A stretch of DNA of 64,000 nucleotides, taken from a virus. Location of the stretch: IMG/VR virus record IMGVR_UViG_3300023180_000018, one strand, 5' to 3'. The position numbers and the translations under genes were made by a program. Numbering within the stretch: position 1 is the first letter of the stretch; every line of letters starts with the position of its first letter. The notes under the pieces were generated by a model that saw nothing but the letters and a program-made list of their open reading frames with translations, was not told where the DNA came from and made no database searches. Of the stretch, positions 53,766 through 62,441 are shown in pieces.

Positions 53766-54022
53766 ATAGGTAGTCTTGAGATTTTTTCTAGAAAGTTAAG
53801 ACTTTCCGCTTCTTCTTGAAGCTTTGCTAATAATGCAGGATCATTCTTAATTAATTTAGCAATAGATTCGATCTCAACGTCATAAATTTCACAATAATAT
53901 ATGATTGCGTCGAGATATCCAATGTTGTCTACTTTCCTTAATCTTTCTAGTTCAGATAAAAAGTGACCTGTTCTAGTTGATTTGATTGTGTCATCAATTA
54001 CTTTTTGCATATTTAACATCAA
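53762..54022 (-). CDS. gp33: Late transcription coactivator
   Basis: YLDAIIYYCE...EIESIAKLI...KLQEEAESLNFL...RLPI. Confidence 0.9.
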   Translation of the reverse strand: MMLNMQKVIDDTIKSTRTGHFLSELERLRKVDNIGYLDAIIYYCEIYDVEIESIAKLIKNDPALLAKLQEEAESLNFLEKISRLPI

Positions 54023-54046
54023 TAAGATTCCAATTATATTTATGTC

Positions 54047-54074
54047 AAAAAATAGGGGGGCCCGAAGGCCCCCC
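54047..54074 (-). terminator. Intrinsic terminator after DUF932 gene
   Basis: GGGGGGCC-TTCG-GGCCCCCC followed by TA and a T tract. Confidence 0.92.
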
Positions 54075-54078
54075 GGTG

Positions 54079-55086
54079 TTAGGCTGCTTCAGCATACTCA
54101 AGGGCGAGACCCATCGCTTCAATATTGCGATTCTTATTCCCACCAAACCAGAGTGACTGCATGCGAGTATCAGGATTATGACCCATCGTGTGATTAGTCA
54201 TATAAGTGACAGCGTTGTAAGCTGACCACCATGTTCCTTTGCCGAACTCAGCACCAGCCTGAGTTTCGACTACTTCCATTGCATTGATAGCATTTCTTGA
54301 TGCAAGTTTACTATCACCACTCTTGAAGCTAGCCATAAGCTCTTTGAATGACACCTCACCTTTAGCGTTAGATGTTTTTGGAAATACTTTGGTGAAGTAT
54401 TCAAAGAGACTTTCCTGAGTGTACCTTTTCTTAGAAAGGAACTCAGCCACCTCACGGTAATTACCTAGCATTTGAGAAGCTTCAGCCAAGGTTGCTTTGA
54501 CTTTATCTACGTCAAAAGACTTACGATGACTTAGGCTAATGCCTAGGGCTGCTTTCCCTTGCAGCGCCATTGAGATGGTATTGTTGCATACGACTCGAAT
54601 TGGTGTAGTGCGTATGTCAACACCGCGTCCAAACTGGTGAGGATTAGACAAAAGGAGATAGTTGGTCACTTCATCCTTACCGTTGAACAGGGAAAAAGAC
54701 TCGCCGATTCGTGCGAGTCCCCAGATGATACGACCATCTTTTAGAGACCCTGCCGTCTCCATCGTCATATCACCATTCTTGACGTACTCAGAGAAGAACT
54801 CGAAAGCTTCTTCATTTTGGACAGGAATCCAATCTTCTGAGACAATGTCAAGGTAAGCGTTATCATTTGTACGAATCAACGCTTTCTTCTTTGGAGCAGG
54901 AACCATTTGACCATTGAGTTGGAAAAATACATCTTCCTTTTCAACAGTCCAATCTAAGTTTGCCGCTTGCATCATTTCTTTTGGCGACATATTAGAATCA
55001 ACTTTAACACCAAGGCCATGCCAAGGTAGTTCACCAGTATACGCCATTGATGCTTTTCCATTTACAATTTCAAGTTCGTGTGACAT
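54079..55086 (-). CDS. DUF932 family phage/plasmid protein
   Basis: PWHGLG, ANLDWTVEK, VQNEEAFEFF, ETAGSL..GR, TPIRVVCNNT, GTWWSAYNAVT. Confidence 0.92.
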   Translation of the reverse strand: MSHELEIVNGKASMAYTGELPWHGLGVKVDSNMSPKEMMQAANLDWTVEKEDVFFQLNGQMVPAPKKKALIRTNDNAYLDIVSEDWIPVQNEEAFEFFSEYVKNGDMTMETAGSLKDGRIIWGLARIGESFSLFNGKDEVTNYLLLSNPHQFGRGVDIRTTPIRVVCNNTISMALQGKAALGISLSHRKSFDVDKVKATLAEASQMLGNYREVAEFLSKKRYTQESLFEYFTKVFPKTSNAKGEVSFKELMASFKSGDSKLASRNAINAMEVVETQAGAEFGKGTWWSAYNAVTYMTNHTMGHNPDTRMQSLWFGGNKNRNIEAMGLALEYAEAA

Positions 55087-55199
55087 TACACTATTTCCTT
55101 TTTATGTTTACGATAACCACGTTTTGCAAGTTTTTTTCTATCCGCCATCACAACAGCTTTATTGTAACGACGTGCATATTTTGCTACCAAATTTTTCAT
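55086..55199 (-). CDS. Small basic protein (37 aa, not in ORF track)
   Basis: MKNLVAKYARRYNKAVVMADRKKLAKRGYRKHKKEIV; TAATG coupling at both ends. Confidence 0.75.
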   Translation of the reverse strand: MKNLVAKYARRYNKAVVMADRKKLAKRGYRKHKKEIV

Positions 55200-55459
55200 T
55201 AATGCACCGCCTTTTTACTAAGAAGACCATCGACATACCAGTTGAAAAACGTGGTAGGTCCCCAAATCTCAGAGGCACCCGAGTCGTAATACTGAGCACA
55301 AATCACTTCGGCAATCTTATCGGCCGTATCATCATGACCGTCCTGAGTCAAAAACCAATTTTTAGGCAACGTGCGGTCAGCAACCTTAGCAAGGTCTGAC
55401 GGATCTAAGTCCAACAGAGGCTCAATAAAACAGTCGTAAAAATCTAATCCATCCATCAT
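55199..55459 (-). CDS. Hypothetical acidic early protein
   Basis: First ORF after promoter copy 2, AAGG SD. Confidence 0.7.
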   Translation of the reverse strand: MMDGLDFYDCFIEPLLDLDPSDLAKVADRTLPKNWFLTQDGHDDTADKIAEVICAQYYDSGASEIWGPTTFFNWYVDGLLSKKAVH

Positions 55460-55489
55460 TTTTATTACCTTTTTCCAATTTACTAGTAT

Positions 55490-55539
55490 ATTCTACTGTA
55501 TTTTTGCGAAAAAGTAAACCAGTACATAAGTTATTGTTT
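55490..55539 (-). promoter_or_regulatory. Early promoter copy 2
   Basis: AAACAATAACTTATGTACTG-GTTTAC-18-TAGAAT. Confidence 0.85.
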
Positions 55540-55542
55540 TTG

Positions 55543-55704
55543 CTACCAATTATGTATTACATTTGCCATTATGAAAAAGCACGTAAGAAAATTAACGCCC
55601 ACAATAATAGTACGAAGGAGTGCAACGTAATTATCATAAGGTTCCGTTTTATCATCCGAAAATCCACCTAGTGCATATTTCCAAATTGTCCAGAATTTTT
55701 TCAT
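55543..55704 (-). CDS. Small membrane protein (53 aa, not in ORF track)
   Basis: MKKFWTIWKYALGGFSDDKTEPYDNYVALLRTIIVGVNFLTCFFIMANVIHNW. Confidence 0.8.
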   Translation of the reverse strand: MKKFWTIWKYALGGFSDDKTEPYDNYVALLRTIIVGVNFLTCFFIMANVIHNW

Positions 55705-56063
55705 TTTAATTTTGAAAGATACTTCGTAAAAGTTTCACTATTTTGCCAGTCTTCAGTAAACTCACGACGCCTTTTAGTGTCCACCATGTAATACAGAGAA
55801 TGTAGTATTTTAGCTTCTTCCATTGACACACGTATCGTTTTGTCATCGTCTGTTTGAACGCTATTGAGTTCTACAGGATTTCCTTCGGAATCAATGATTT
55901 TCGCTAATTGCAAAACCATTAAAGGATTTTTAAATCCTAGTCCATAGAATTCATCGGCATCTTCGAGAATTTTTTGTTTTGTTCGTTGTTTCAATTCTTC
56001 TTTCCTTTTAAGAAACATCCATTTTGTTTGATGAGAAGATTTATGAATTCTAGTTATTCTCAT
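55701..56063 (-). CDS. Hypothetical protein
   Basis: ORF coupled within the early cluster; QL.KIIDS.GNP motif. Confidence 0.7.
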   Translation of the reverse strand: MRITRIHKSSHQTKWMFLKRKEELKQRTKQKILEDADEFYGLGFKNPLMVLQLAKIIDSEGNPVELNSVQTDDDKTIRVSMEEAKILHSLYYMVDTKRRREFTEDWQNSETFTKYLSKLK

Positions 56064-56268
56064 CGTCTATCACTGTTAAAGTTACGGTTCCAGTGTCATC
56101 ATCAACAACAGATTGTAAGAAATTTACAAATCTTTCTAGTTCTTCAGTCGACATTTCTTTAAAAATGTCTGCAACATCTACACCTTCTTCATATGCTTTT
56201 GCAGCTGCTGCTAGTTTGTCTAGCTTTTTTTGTTTATAGTCCATAAGACTAACTACATTGCTCACCAT
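56050..56268 (-). CDS. Hypothetical protein
   Basis: Likely start MVSNVVSLMDYK. Confidence 0.65.
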   Translation of the reverse strand: MVSNVVSLMDYKQKKLDKLAAAAKAYEEGVDVADIFKEMSTEELERFVNFLQSVVDDDTGTVTLTVIDDENN

Positions 56269-56513
56269 GTTACGGGTTCTCCTATTACTTGAGTATTGCA
56301 AACACCATTAACCCAAACATACGCAGCAATAATCCCATCATCCATAGGATCACCCATTTCTACTGTAGAAGGAACCCTAAGTGTTTTAGCGTAATCACAC
56401 GCGATGTCACGAATATGTTCGTAATAGTCACGTTCACTTTCAGCTACAATATCATTGAGTGAATCTGCCCAGAAATCTTCTTGAGATGTATGCAACATGT
56501 GCACTCTATACAT
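56262..56513 (-). CDS. Hypothetical protein
   Basis: 83-aa acidic ORF with GGAG SD. Confidence 0.65.
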   Translation of the reverse strand: MYRVHMLHTSQEDFWADSLNDIVAESERDYYEHIRDIACDYAKTLRVPSTVEMGDPMDDGIIAAYVWVNGVCNTQVIGEPVTW

Positions 56514-56814
56514 TATCTTCTCCTAATGCTTCTAATACGTTTGAGACTGCAATTTGATTGCGGCCGCCAATATGCCAGCAATATTCACTTGCCAACATAG
56601 CTTTCCAACCACCATCGTAATCTTTCCAATTATAAATGGTAGCCACTGTACCATCATTAAATTGAATATCCCACTCAAAGTCGACTTTATCATCTCCTGA
56701 ACCTAAAAAAGTAGGTTCACCAAATGTAGCTACGATAGCATCATAAGAAGTTTCAACATAACCACGAAGACTAGTCATACCAACGTTAACAAACTCACCA
56801 ACTTGGAATTTCAT
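56506..56814 (-). CDS. Conserved hypothetical phage protein
   Basis: TSLRGY...Y..IV..FGEP...DKVDFEW...GTVATIYNWK...WHIGG. Confidence 0.8.
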   Translation of the reverse strand: MKFQVGEFVNVGMTSLRGYVETSYDAIVATFGEPTFLGSGDDKVDFEWDIQFNDGTVATIYNWKDYDGGWKAMLASEYCWHIGGRNQIAVSNVLEALGEDNV

Positions 56815-56815
56815 C

Positions 56816-56980
56816 TTAAACTCCTGTAAAAAGTAGGCCGTAGGCCAGCATTAAACCAAGCAATCCACCCATTGCTGAACAAGCTAGAATACTGACTACA
56901 AATTCTACAATGTCATTTTTAGGTTCTTCCAACTTGATATATGAAGATCCAACTTCATGGTTTAACTTAACTCTATTCAT
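56816..56980 (-). CDS. Small membrane protein
   Basis: Start MNRVKL after promoter copy 3; hydrophobic C-terminus. Confidence 0.7.
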   Translation of the reverse strand: MNRVKLNHEVGSSYIKLEEPKNDIVEFVVSILACSAMGGLLGLMLAYGLLFTGV

Positions 56981-57009
56981 ATCTATACCTTTATTTAATT
57001 TATAGTACC

Positions 57010-57058
57010 ATTCTACCATTTTTTGCGAAAAAGTAAACCAGCACATAAGTTATTGTAT
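57010..57058 (-). promoter_or_regulatory. Early promoter copy 3
   Basis: ATACAATAACTTATGTGCTG-GTTTAC-17-TAGAAT. Confidence 0.85.
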
Positions 57059-57250
57059 TGATTTAATTTTTATGAACTTTCTACGGTTGCCAGACCATTG
57101 AGAGGAAGGCTTTGATAGCCATTTCTCAGTGGTTGTACCTTCAGGAATATAGCCTACAAGTCTTTTTTTCTCATCAAAAATGTAAGTATGCAATGGAACA
57201 CGATAATCGGTAGTCCATTTATCAGTCACTTCTTGATAATAATTTAGCAT
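57050..57250 (-). CDS. Conserved hypothetical phage protein
   Basis: QEVT.W...VP.HTY...LVGYI...RRKF. Confidence 0.75.
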   Translation of the reverse strand: MLNYYQEVTDKWTTDYRVPLHTYIFDEKKRLVGYIPEGTTTEKWLSKPSSQWSGNRRKFIKIKSIQ

Positions 57251-57441
57251 TAATGTGGCTCCATTTTATGGATTGTAGTTGATGATATGGTGATGTTCAT
57301 ATTTTTCCAAAAAGAACATCCATACGTAATAGTGTCATGCATTTCTTTTGCTTCGTCTAGCGTATCGTAATAGCCAGCGGCATAACGATACCCGCGTGAA
57401 TCAATGATTGACACAATCCAAGGAAGATTCATTGATATCAA
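57250..57441 (-). CDS. Hypothetical protein
   Basis: Coupled small ORF, GGAGG SD. Confidence 0.6.
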   Translation of the reverse strand: MISMNLPWIVSIIDSRGYRYAAGYYDTLDEAKEMHDTITYGCSFWKNMNITISSTTIHKMEPH

Positions 57442-57605
57442 TTTGTATAAGCCTCCTTAAAAGACACAGAAACACAGTTAGACTCTTCTAAAACGTACAT
57501 TACCTGTCCTTTGGCAGTATATAGTTTAGTCCATTTTTCTTCACAGGGCTTGATTGCAGTACAACCAGTCATTAACAACAAAGCAGCAATTACTAAAAGT
57601 TTCAT
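57438..57605 (-). CDS. Putative small lipoprotein
   Basis: MKLLVIAALLLMTG-C lipobox-like signal; GGAG SD. Confidence 0.7.
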   Translation of the reverse strand: MKLLVIAALLLMTGCTAIKPCEEKWTKLYTAKGQVMYVLEESNCVSVSFKEAYTN

Positions 57606-57616
57606 TTTTTCTCCAA

Positions 57617-57868
57617 TTAAGATAAGTCGGCCCAATTGCCAGTTACAGGATCAATTTTACGAGGTTCACGTATTTGAAAACCATCAGGTGAAAGATCATT
57701 AAAAAGGTCTTTAGCTTCTTGTTCGAGACCTTGAGCTTTTAAATTTTGATATGCGGCATCAATAGCTTTACGCTGTTGAAGACCGCGATTATACCACTTA
57801 GAATCGTCAGAATAGTTAAAATACCAATCATGACTATTGAGCATATTAGTGAATTCTTGCAAAGTCAT
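57617..57868 (-). CDS. Conserved hypothetical phage protein (HDW...SDD motif)
   Basis: L.SHDWYFNYSDDSKWYNRG. Confidence 0.75.
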   Translation of the reverse strand: MTLQEFTNMLNSHDWYFNYSDDSKWYNRGLQQRKAIDAAYQNLKAQGLEQEAKDLFNDLSPDGFQIREPRKIDPVTGNWADLS

Positions 57869-58140
57869 TACACTAACTCCTGGTTTTTCCAGAGAACATG
57901 TTCAACTTCATTCCAAATCTGACGAAATTCATAAGAACTTTCAAAACCAGCTTCTTCAGCTGACTCATCACAACCACACAACGCTTCAATGAACGTTGAG
58001 GAAGCCATGTAATGCTTTTTCAGACCACCTCTTTCACGAATTACACCGATAAGATAGTGAGCTGAATTGCTCAAAGCTACACATGTATCACCTTGATACA
58101 ATCTGATAGCACCTTTAGCAATATTTAAATAATCAATCAT
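57868..58140 (-). CDS. Hypothetical early protein
   Basis: First ORF after promoter copy 4. Confidence 0.7.
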   Translation of the reverse strand: MIDYLNIAKGAIRLYQGDTCVALSNSAHYLIGVIRERGGLKKHYMASSTFIEALCGCDESAEEAGFESSYEFRQIWNEVEHVLWKNQELV

Positions 58141-58174
58141 TTATTTAATTTCCTTTTATCAATTTATGGTAGCT

Positions 58175-58256
58175 ATTCTACCACGGTCACACGCAAATGT
58201 ACACTTCTAAGTTATTGATTTTAAAGGGCTTTTTTTATGATTGTAAGTTATTGTTT
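58175..58256 (-). promoter_or_regulatory. Early promoter copy 4 with two upstream IHF-like boxes
   Basis: GTGTAC-18-TAGAAT; AATCAATAACTTA at 58208-58220 and AAACAATAACTTA at 58244-58256. Confidence 0.75.
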
Positions 58257-58312
58257 TTAATAGGTTTTTTTGCGAAAAAAAATGACTTTTTTTAGATTAT
58301 TTTTGAATATGG

Positions 58313-58921
58313 TTAGACGATTAGGTTATAAGCGAGGGTTATGCGGGGATTTTCGTCTTTATGTGGTTCTACGCCATGGAACATCCAACTTGGCCAGAAA
58401 TAAGCGGTAGATTCTTGTGGAACAATACTACGATGTTCAACGTTAAGAGGATTTGGATAAAATTCATACGTATTGTCAATTAGAAAATGTTCCATGTTAT
58501 GCGTCATCCACATATACCTAGCATCCATTCTTTCAAATCTAATTCTACCTTCTTGATCTGTTTCTATAAGTTCATTTGTTTTTATATAAAAGCAACCAGA
58601 TAAAAAACAAGTGCCATGGCTATGCGCAAGATTATAATCATATTGATCGTTGATATTCAACCAACAGTTTGCTAATTGAAGTGGTTTTTGAAGTTGATAC
58701 TCTTTTGCAACTTTATTTCCAAGATCTTCAATTTGGAAAATCAATTCATCATATTCGGGACTAATTCTAGGATTATAACCACTCTGCCAACCACCTCTAT
58801 TGGAAGCTATTCTTCCATCATTTTCTTCTGCATACTTTAATGCTTGTTTGGCTAACAAGTCTACATCAGCGTCGATGGATTCATAATGTACTACTTCAGA
58901 AAATAGAGTTTCAACTTTCAC
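58313..58921 (-). CDS. Putative 2OG-Fe(II) oxygenase (TIGR02466-like)
   Basis: SNRGGWQS, W.NIN...YN.AHSH...LSGCFYI, WPSWMFHGVEP...RITLAYN. Confidence 0.9.
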   Translation of the reverse strand: MKVETLFSEVVHYESIDADVDLLAKQALKYAEENDGRIASNRGGWQSGYNPRISPEYDELIFQIEDLGNKVAKEYQLQKPLQLANCWLNINDQYDYNLAHSHGTCFLSGCFYIKTNELIETDQEGRIRFERMDARYMWMTHNMEHFLIDNTYEFYPNPLNVEHRSIVPQESTAYFWPSWMFHGVEPHKDENPRITLAYNLIV

Positions 58922-59594
58922 TTAATAATCCTTGGTGATAATATTCAAAATATTTGCGAGTTTTATTTATGTAATTGTTGATATCTTCTACGAAGATTTC
59001 TGGGGTTGGTTCTTCGGCAATCGTCATAAGAATAACTATTTGTTCTACATCAAAATTATAATGTTCTTTAGCCATAATTGAATACGCTGAACACTGTAAA
59101 AAATAACTAAGGATGTCTTCTTTACTTTTACGCCTCTTTGACGTTTTGAAATCAAGTAAAGTATTCTTACCATTGTACCGACATATTAAGTCAGCGGTGC
59201 CTGCTGTCTTGAGTTCGTCAGAATACATACGTAATTCTATGCCATAAATTTCATCGACGTTATTATCAAGATATGGTTTAATCGTATTAAATTTACTAAG
59301 AGCAATAGGATTTTCTTTACTTATATCTTCGCCGAGAACATATTTTTCTGCGACGTTATGAACAGCAGTGCCCGCCCTTGCAGCTTGCTGGCCAATTTTA
59401 TTAGCCTTATCGAAGCCTACACGTCGGCGCCATTCATTAAGTTTTTTTCGACCAATAAGACTTAAAGCTGTAGTAACGGAAGGATATTTTTCTCCTCCTT
59501 CCGTTACGTACAATCTTCTCCCATCTTCATTTATTTGTTTTAGTTTCTTTGGCTCAAATAATTTAAGCGCAAAGCCCGAGTTGTTCTCGTGCAA
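58911..59594 (-). CDS. PD-(D/E)xK exonuclease
   Basis: YPSVTT, GTAVH...E, AGTADLI...LLDFKTS, YFLQ..AY. Confidence 0.9.
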   Translation of the reverse strand: MHENNSGFALKLFEPKKLKQINEDGRRLYVTEGGEKYPSVTTALSLIGRKKLNEWRRRVGFDKANKIGQQAARAGTAVHNVAEKYVLGEDISKENPIALSKFNTIKPYLDNNVDEIYGIELRMYSDELKTAGTADLICRYNGKNTLLDFKTSKRRKSKEDILSYFLQCSAYSIMAKEHYNFDVEQIVILMTIAEEPTPEIFVEDINNYINKTRKYFEYYHQGLLSES

Positions 59595-60306
59595 TGATAT
59601 ACTCCTTCACTAATGCTGAACGAACAATGTCGTTTTTATCAAATTCTATATGAGTAAAATCATTGAGACTATCTAAAATATTCATAAAATTTAATAATCC
59701 ATCACGTTCTTGTTTTTTAACTAAATCGCTTTGTCTAAAATCACCACAAAATATTACTCTACAATTGTCACCTAATCTAGTAATAACAGAGTCTAATTCG
59801 TGGAAATTCATATTGTTAACTTCATCTATTATAACAATAGAGTCGTTAAGTGTCAATCCTCGTACAAATGATGTGCACATAAAATTAACAATTCCTTTAT
59901 ATTTAAGGATATCGTATGCGTCTCCTCTTCTAAACAATTCGTTGCAGATTGATTTATAGGGCTGTTCATAAACTTTAATTTTATCTTCTTCTTTACCAGG
60001 AAGAAATCCAATATCCCTAGTGGGTACTACACTTCTGATAAGTGTTACGTTCGTATGGGTTGAGTGTATGTCGTTAAAGATTTCACTTAATGCTAAGTAC
60101 ATTGAAATGAATGTTTTGCCAGTGCCTGCCATGCCGTGGAGTAATAAGTGCGAACCGGAATCATACGCGTCAAATGTAGCTTGCTGGCTGTAGGTTTTAG
60201 GATATACCGGTTTAATATTCATACCTTTCTGTTGTATGCTATTACCTCGCTCAATCATCAAATCATTATTTCTAATTGCTCGGCGTTTTTTCTTTGAAAG
60301 TGACAT
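59563..60306 (-). CDS. phoH: PhoH-like ATPase
   Basis: GMAGTGKT, RS.VPTRDIGFLPG, RGLTL, IIDE, TRLG, GDFRQSDL, DIVRS. Confidence 0.96.
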   Translation of the reverse strand: MSLSKKKRRAIRNNDLMIERGNSIQQKGMNIKPVYPKTYSQQATFDAYDSGSHLLLHGMAGTGKTFISMYLALSEIFNDIHSTHTNVTLIRSVVPTRDIGFLPGKEEDKIKVYEQPYKSICNELFRRGDAYDILKYKGIVNFMCTSFVRGLTLNDSIVIIDEVNNMNFHELDSVITRLGDNCRVIFCGDFRQSDLVKKQERDGLLNFMNILDSLNDFTHIEFDKNDIVRSALVKEYIIAREQLGLCA

Positions 60307-60330
60307 AAGCTTCCTTTGTGGTTGTTGAAT

Positions 60331-60558
60331 TTAAAAAGTGTTTATATCAGACCCCCTATTAGCTGCTTTGATTCGTTGTAATACTTCACGAAAACCGCCG
60401 TCAGGTTTAGCACTAATGCCAGCTACTGTCGGTGGTAATTCTGAAAAGTGACGTGTTAAATGCGGGTGCTCGACTTTAAATCTATCATATTCAGAGATAG
60501 ATAGGAAGTGTTCTTCCGTTTCACCGGTGGTTTCATTTTTAAATGTATATGTCGGCAT
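60331..60558 (-). CDS. FmdB-like small conserved T4-like protein (no Cys ligands)
   Basis: MPTYTFKN..TGE...KPDGGFREVLQRIK; TATAAATA at 60564-60571. Confidence 0.75.
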   Translation of the reverse strand: MPTYTFKNETTGETEEHFLSISEYDRFKVEHPHLTRHFSELPPTVAGISAKPDGGFREVLQRIKAANRGSDINTF

Positions 60559-60562
60559 AAAA

Positions 60563-60739
60563 TTATTTATAATATTCAGATTCTAAAAAACCATTAATAT
60601 CATTAGATTTTAATTTATTTTTAAAATTTTTATCGTTAAATTCTTTAAAGCTTTTTCGCTTTTTCTTCTTTTTAAATACTCCATCTGTGTATCTATCTTC
60701 TTCATTCATAAAAGAACGCTTTTTATTTGACTTACTCAT
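60563..60739 (-). CDS. Small Lys-rich protein (58 aa, not in ORF track)
   Basis: MSKSNKKRSFMNEEDRYTDGVFKKKKKRKSF...; ATGA overlap with the upstream stop. Confidence 0.65.
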   Translation of the reverse strand: MSKSNKKRSFMNEEDRYTDGVFKKKKKRKSFKEFNDKNFKNKLKSNDINGFLESEYYK

Positions 60740-61152
60740 AGTAAACCAGGCAGTGCCTCCTCAACTAGTTTTTTAGTAATAGATTTATAGGGCATTTTTT
60801 TGTCTTTAACTGACAATAAAAGCTTTGCTTCATCTGCGTGAATTCCTTCAAGAAGCTGAATAAATAAAACTTCTCTACGTACAGGCTTGAGGCCAGGATT
60901 TGTTTGACCTTCAATAAACAAATACATTTTACGCAATTCTTGATATAAACCACTTTCATCTAAATCTTTATTTGGTTTATAGGGAGGATCTCCTTCCGGT
61001 AAAAGGAACCGAATTGAATCATCCCAAACGTACTTAAAAAATTCTTTCATCACAGGATTTCCGCGATGATAACGTAAATGTTCAATTTTTTCTTTTTTAG
61101 TTTTTTTAGCTTGTACTTCAGCTAAAACAGCGCTTACTAGTGGTGGTTTCAT
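60736..61152 (-). CDS. Conserved T4-like hypothetical protein
   Basis: LPEGDPPYKP, RREVLFIQLLEG.H..EA.LL..VKDK; habitual neighbour of rnh. Confidence 0.8.
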   Translation of the reverse strand: MKPPLVSAVLAEVQAKKTKKEKIEHLRYHRGNPVMKEFFKYVWDDSIRFLLPEGDPPYKPNKDLDESGLYQELRKMYLFIEGQTNPGLKPVRREVLFIQLLEGIHADEAKLLLSVKDKKMPYKSITKKLVEEALPGLL

Positions 61153-61153
61153 A

Positions 61154-62020
61154 TTAAAACTCGTTTAAATTTTCGGTTAAGTTTTTTAGCTTATGCTTAA
61201 TGAAATAATTAAAAAGTTGGCTTCTATCTTTAGATGCTTGATTTTCTAATTGTACATATACAGAATCACTAATTTCTTCAGGTACTTCCTTAAGATCAAT
61301 GAGTGATTTATTTCGATAAAAATTTCTAAGTTCTTCACCTTCAAATACGTCTGAAGGATCTTTGATTAATAAATCACTAATCCAATTTTTCATTTTTTTA
61401 TTAGACACAGGTTTTTGTCTAGAACCACTAACAAATACATCATCAGCACTTAAAAAATTAGGAACACCATCTCCTACATCACCCTTAATTATATGTTCAA
61501 AAAGGAATGAATAAGGATCAGAATTAGATAACCAACGTTTTCTGACAGGATCATATTGTTTAACATTAGAATAACATTGTAATTGAACAAAATCTTTATC
61601 TCCTGAAAGAATCAAAATAGGTTCTCCGCCGAGGTCTTTGCCAAATTTTTTGCATAATGCAGCAATGATATCGTCAGCTTCCGCAGTGTCGACTTGAATT
61701 GTTGGATAAGGAAAAAATTCTTTAAGTTCATCTCTGACTTTGTTTAGACTTTCAAAAATTGAATTCCAATCTAATTTGGATTCTTGTCTATTTTTTCGGC
61801 GGGAAGCTTTATAATAAGGAAAAATTTGCCGGCGCCAATTATTCTTGTCATCGCACGCAATAATTAAATCGCCAAATTCGTTTTTAAATTTTACACGATT
61901 CATACGAATTGAGTTAAGAATCATATGCCTCAGTAAATTTTCATTTACTTCTATTGAATGGCCTCCTAATTGTGCCATCAAATTAGCAATCATTACTTGG
62001 TTTAAATCTAATATAATCAT
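61154..62020 (-). CDS. rnh: RNase H / 5'-3' exonuclease
   Basis: MIILDLNQ, WRRQIFPYYK..R, EADDII, SGDKDF.QL, IIKGD.GDGVPN. Confidence 0.96.
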   Translation of the reverse strand: MIILDLNQVMIANLMAQLGGHSIEVNENLLRHMILNSIRMNRVKFKNEFGDLIIACDDKNNWRRQIFPYYKASRRKNRQESKLDWNSIFESLNKVRDELKEFFPYPTIQVDTAEADDIIAALCKKFGKDLGGEPILILSGDKDFVQLQCYSNVKQYDPVRKRWLSNSDPYSFLFEHIIKGDVGDGVPNFLSADDVFVSGSRQKPVSNKKMKNWISDLLIKDPSDVFEGEELRNFYRNKSLIDLKEVPEEISDSVYVQLENQASKDRSQLFNYFIKHKLKNLTENLNEF

Positions 62021-62045
62021 AATTTTTTATCTTTACAAAAGATAC

Positions 62046-62074
62046 ATTCTACACTATAAACATCAAAATGTCAA
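62046..62074 (-). promoter_or_regulatory. sigma70 promoter for rnh (TTGACA-17-TAGAAT)
   Basis: tgtcaa at 62069-62074 and attcta at 62046-62051. Confidence 0.8.
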
Positions 62075-62440
62075 CTAATCTTCTAAATAATTGAAATCAA
62101 AAGATAATTGAGGATTTTCTTCATTTTTCTCTACATATGGTTCATATACTTCCACAGCTAGCTTTTGGATTGGATGTTTCATATCATTACACTTAAATAA
62201 AACTGATCTTATATTTTCGTATAAAAATGAAATATCATACAACATTTTTTTGTTATTAAAAACGTATCCATATTCTGTCATATGATGAATCAGCATTCCT
62301 GCTAGCTCTTCAGAAATTTCTTCTAGATAACGATGGCTCTGTCTATTGGGTAACTCTTTTGGAAGAGTTGCATCTGTTGGAATTCTAAATTCACGCTTCT
62401 TCATTTTCTTAAGATCTGGAAACTGAATTACGTTATCCAT
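62075..62440 (-). CDS. Hypothetical protein
   Basis: MDNVIQFP N-terminus, ..HPIQ motif. Confidence 0.7.
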   Translation of the reverse strand: MDNVIQFPDLKKMKKREFRIPTDATLPKELPNRQSHRYLEEISEELAGMLIHHMTEYGYVFNNKKMLYDISFLYENIRSVLFKCNDMKHPIQKLAVEVYEPYVEKNEENPQLSFDFNYLED

Positions 62441-62441
62441 G

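Noticed and set aside
54914-55399. 161-aa + strand ORF and similar antisense ORFs (e.g. 31767-32279, 49808-50200)
   Set aside because: They overlap well-supported opposite-strand genes and have no recognisable motifs
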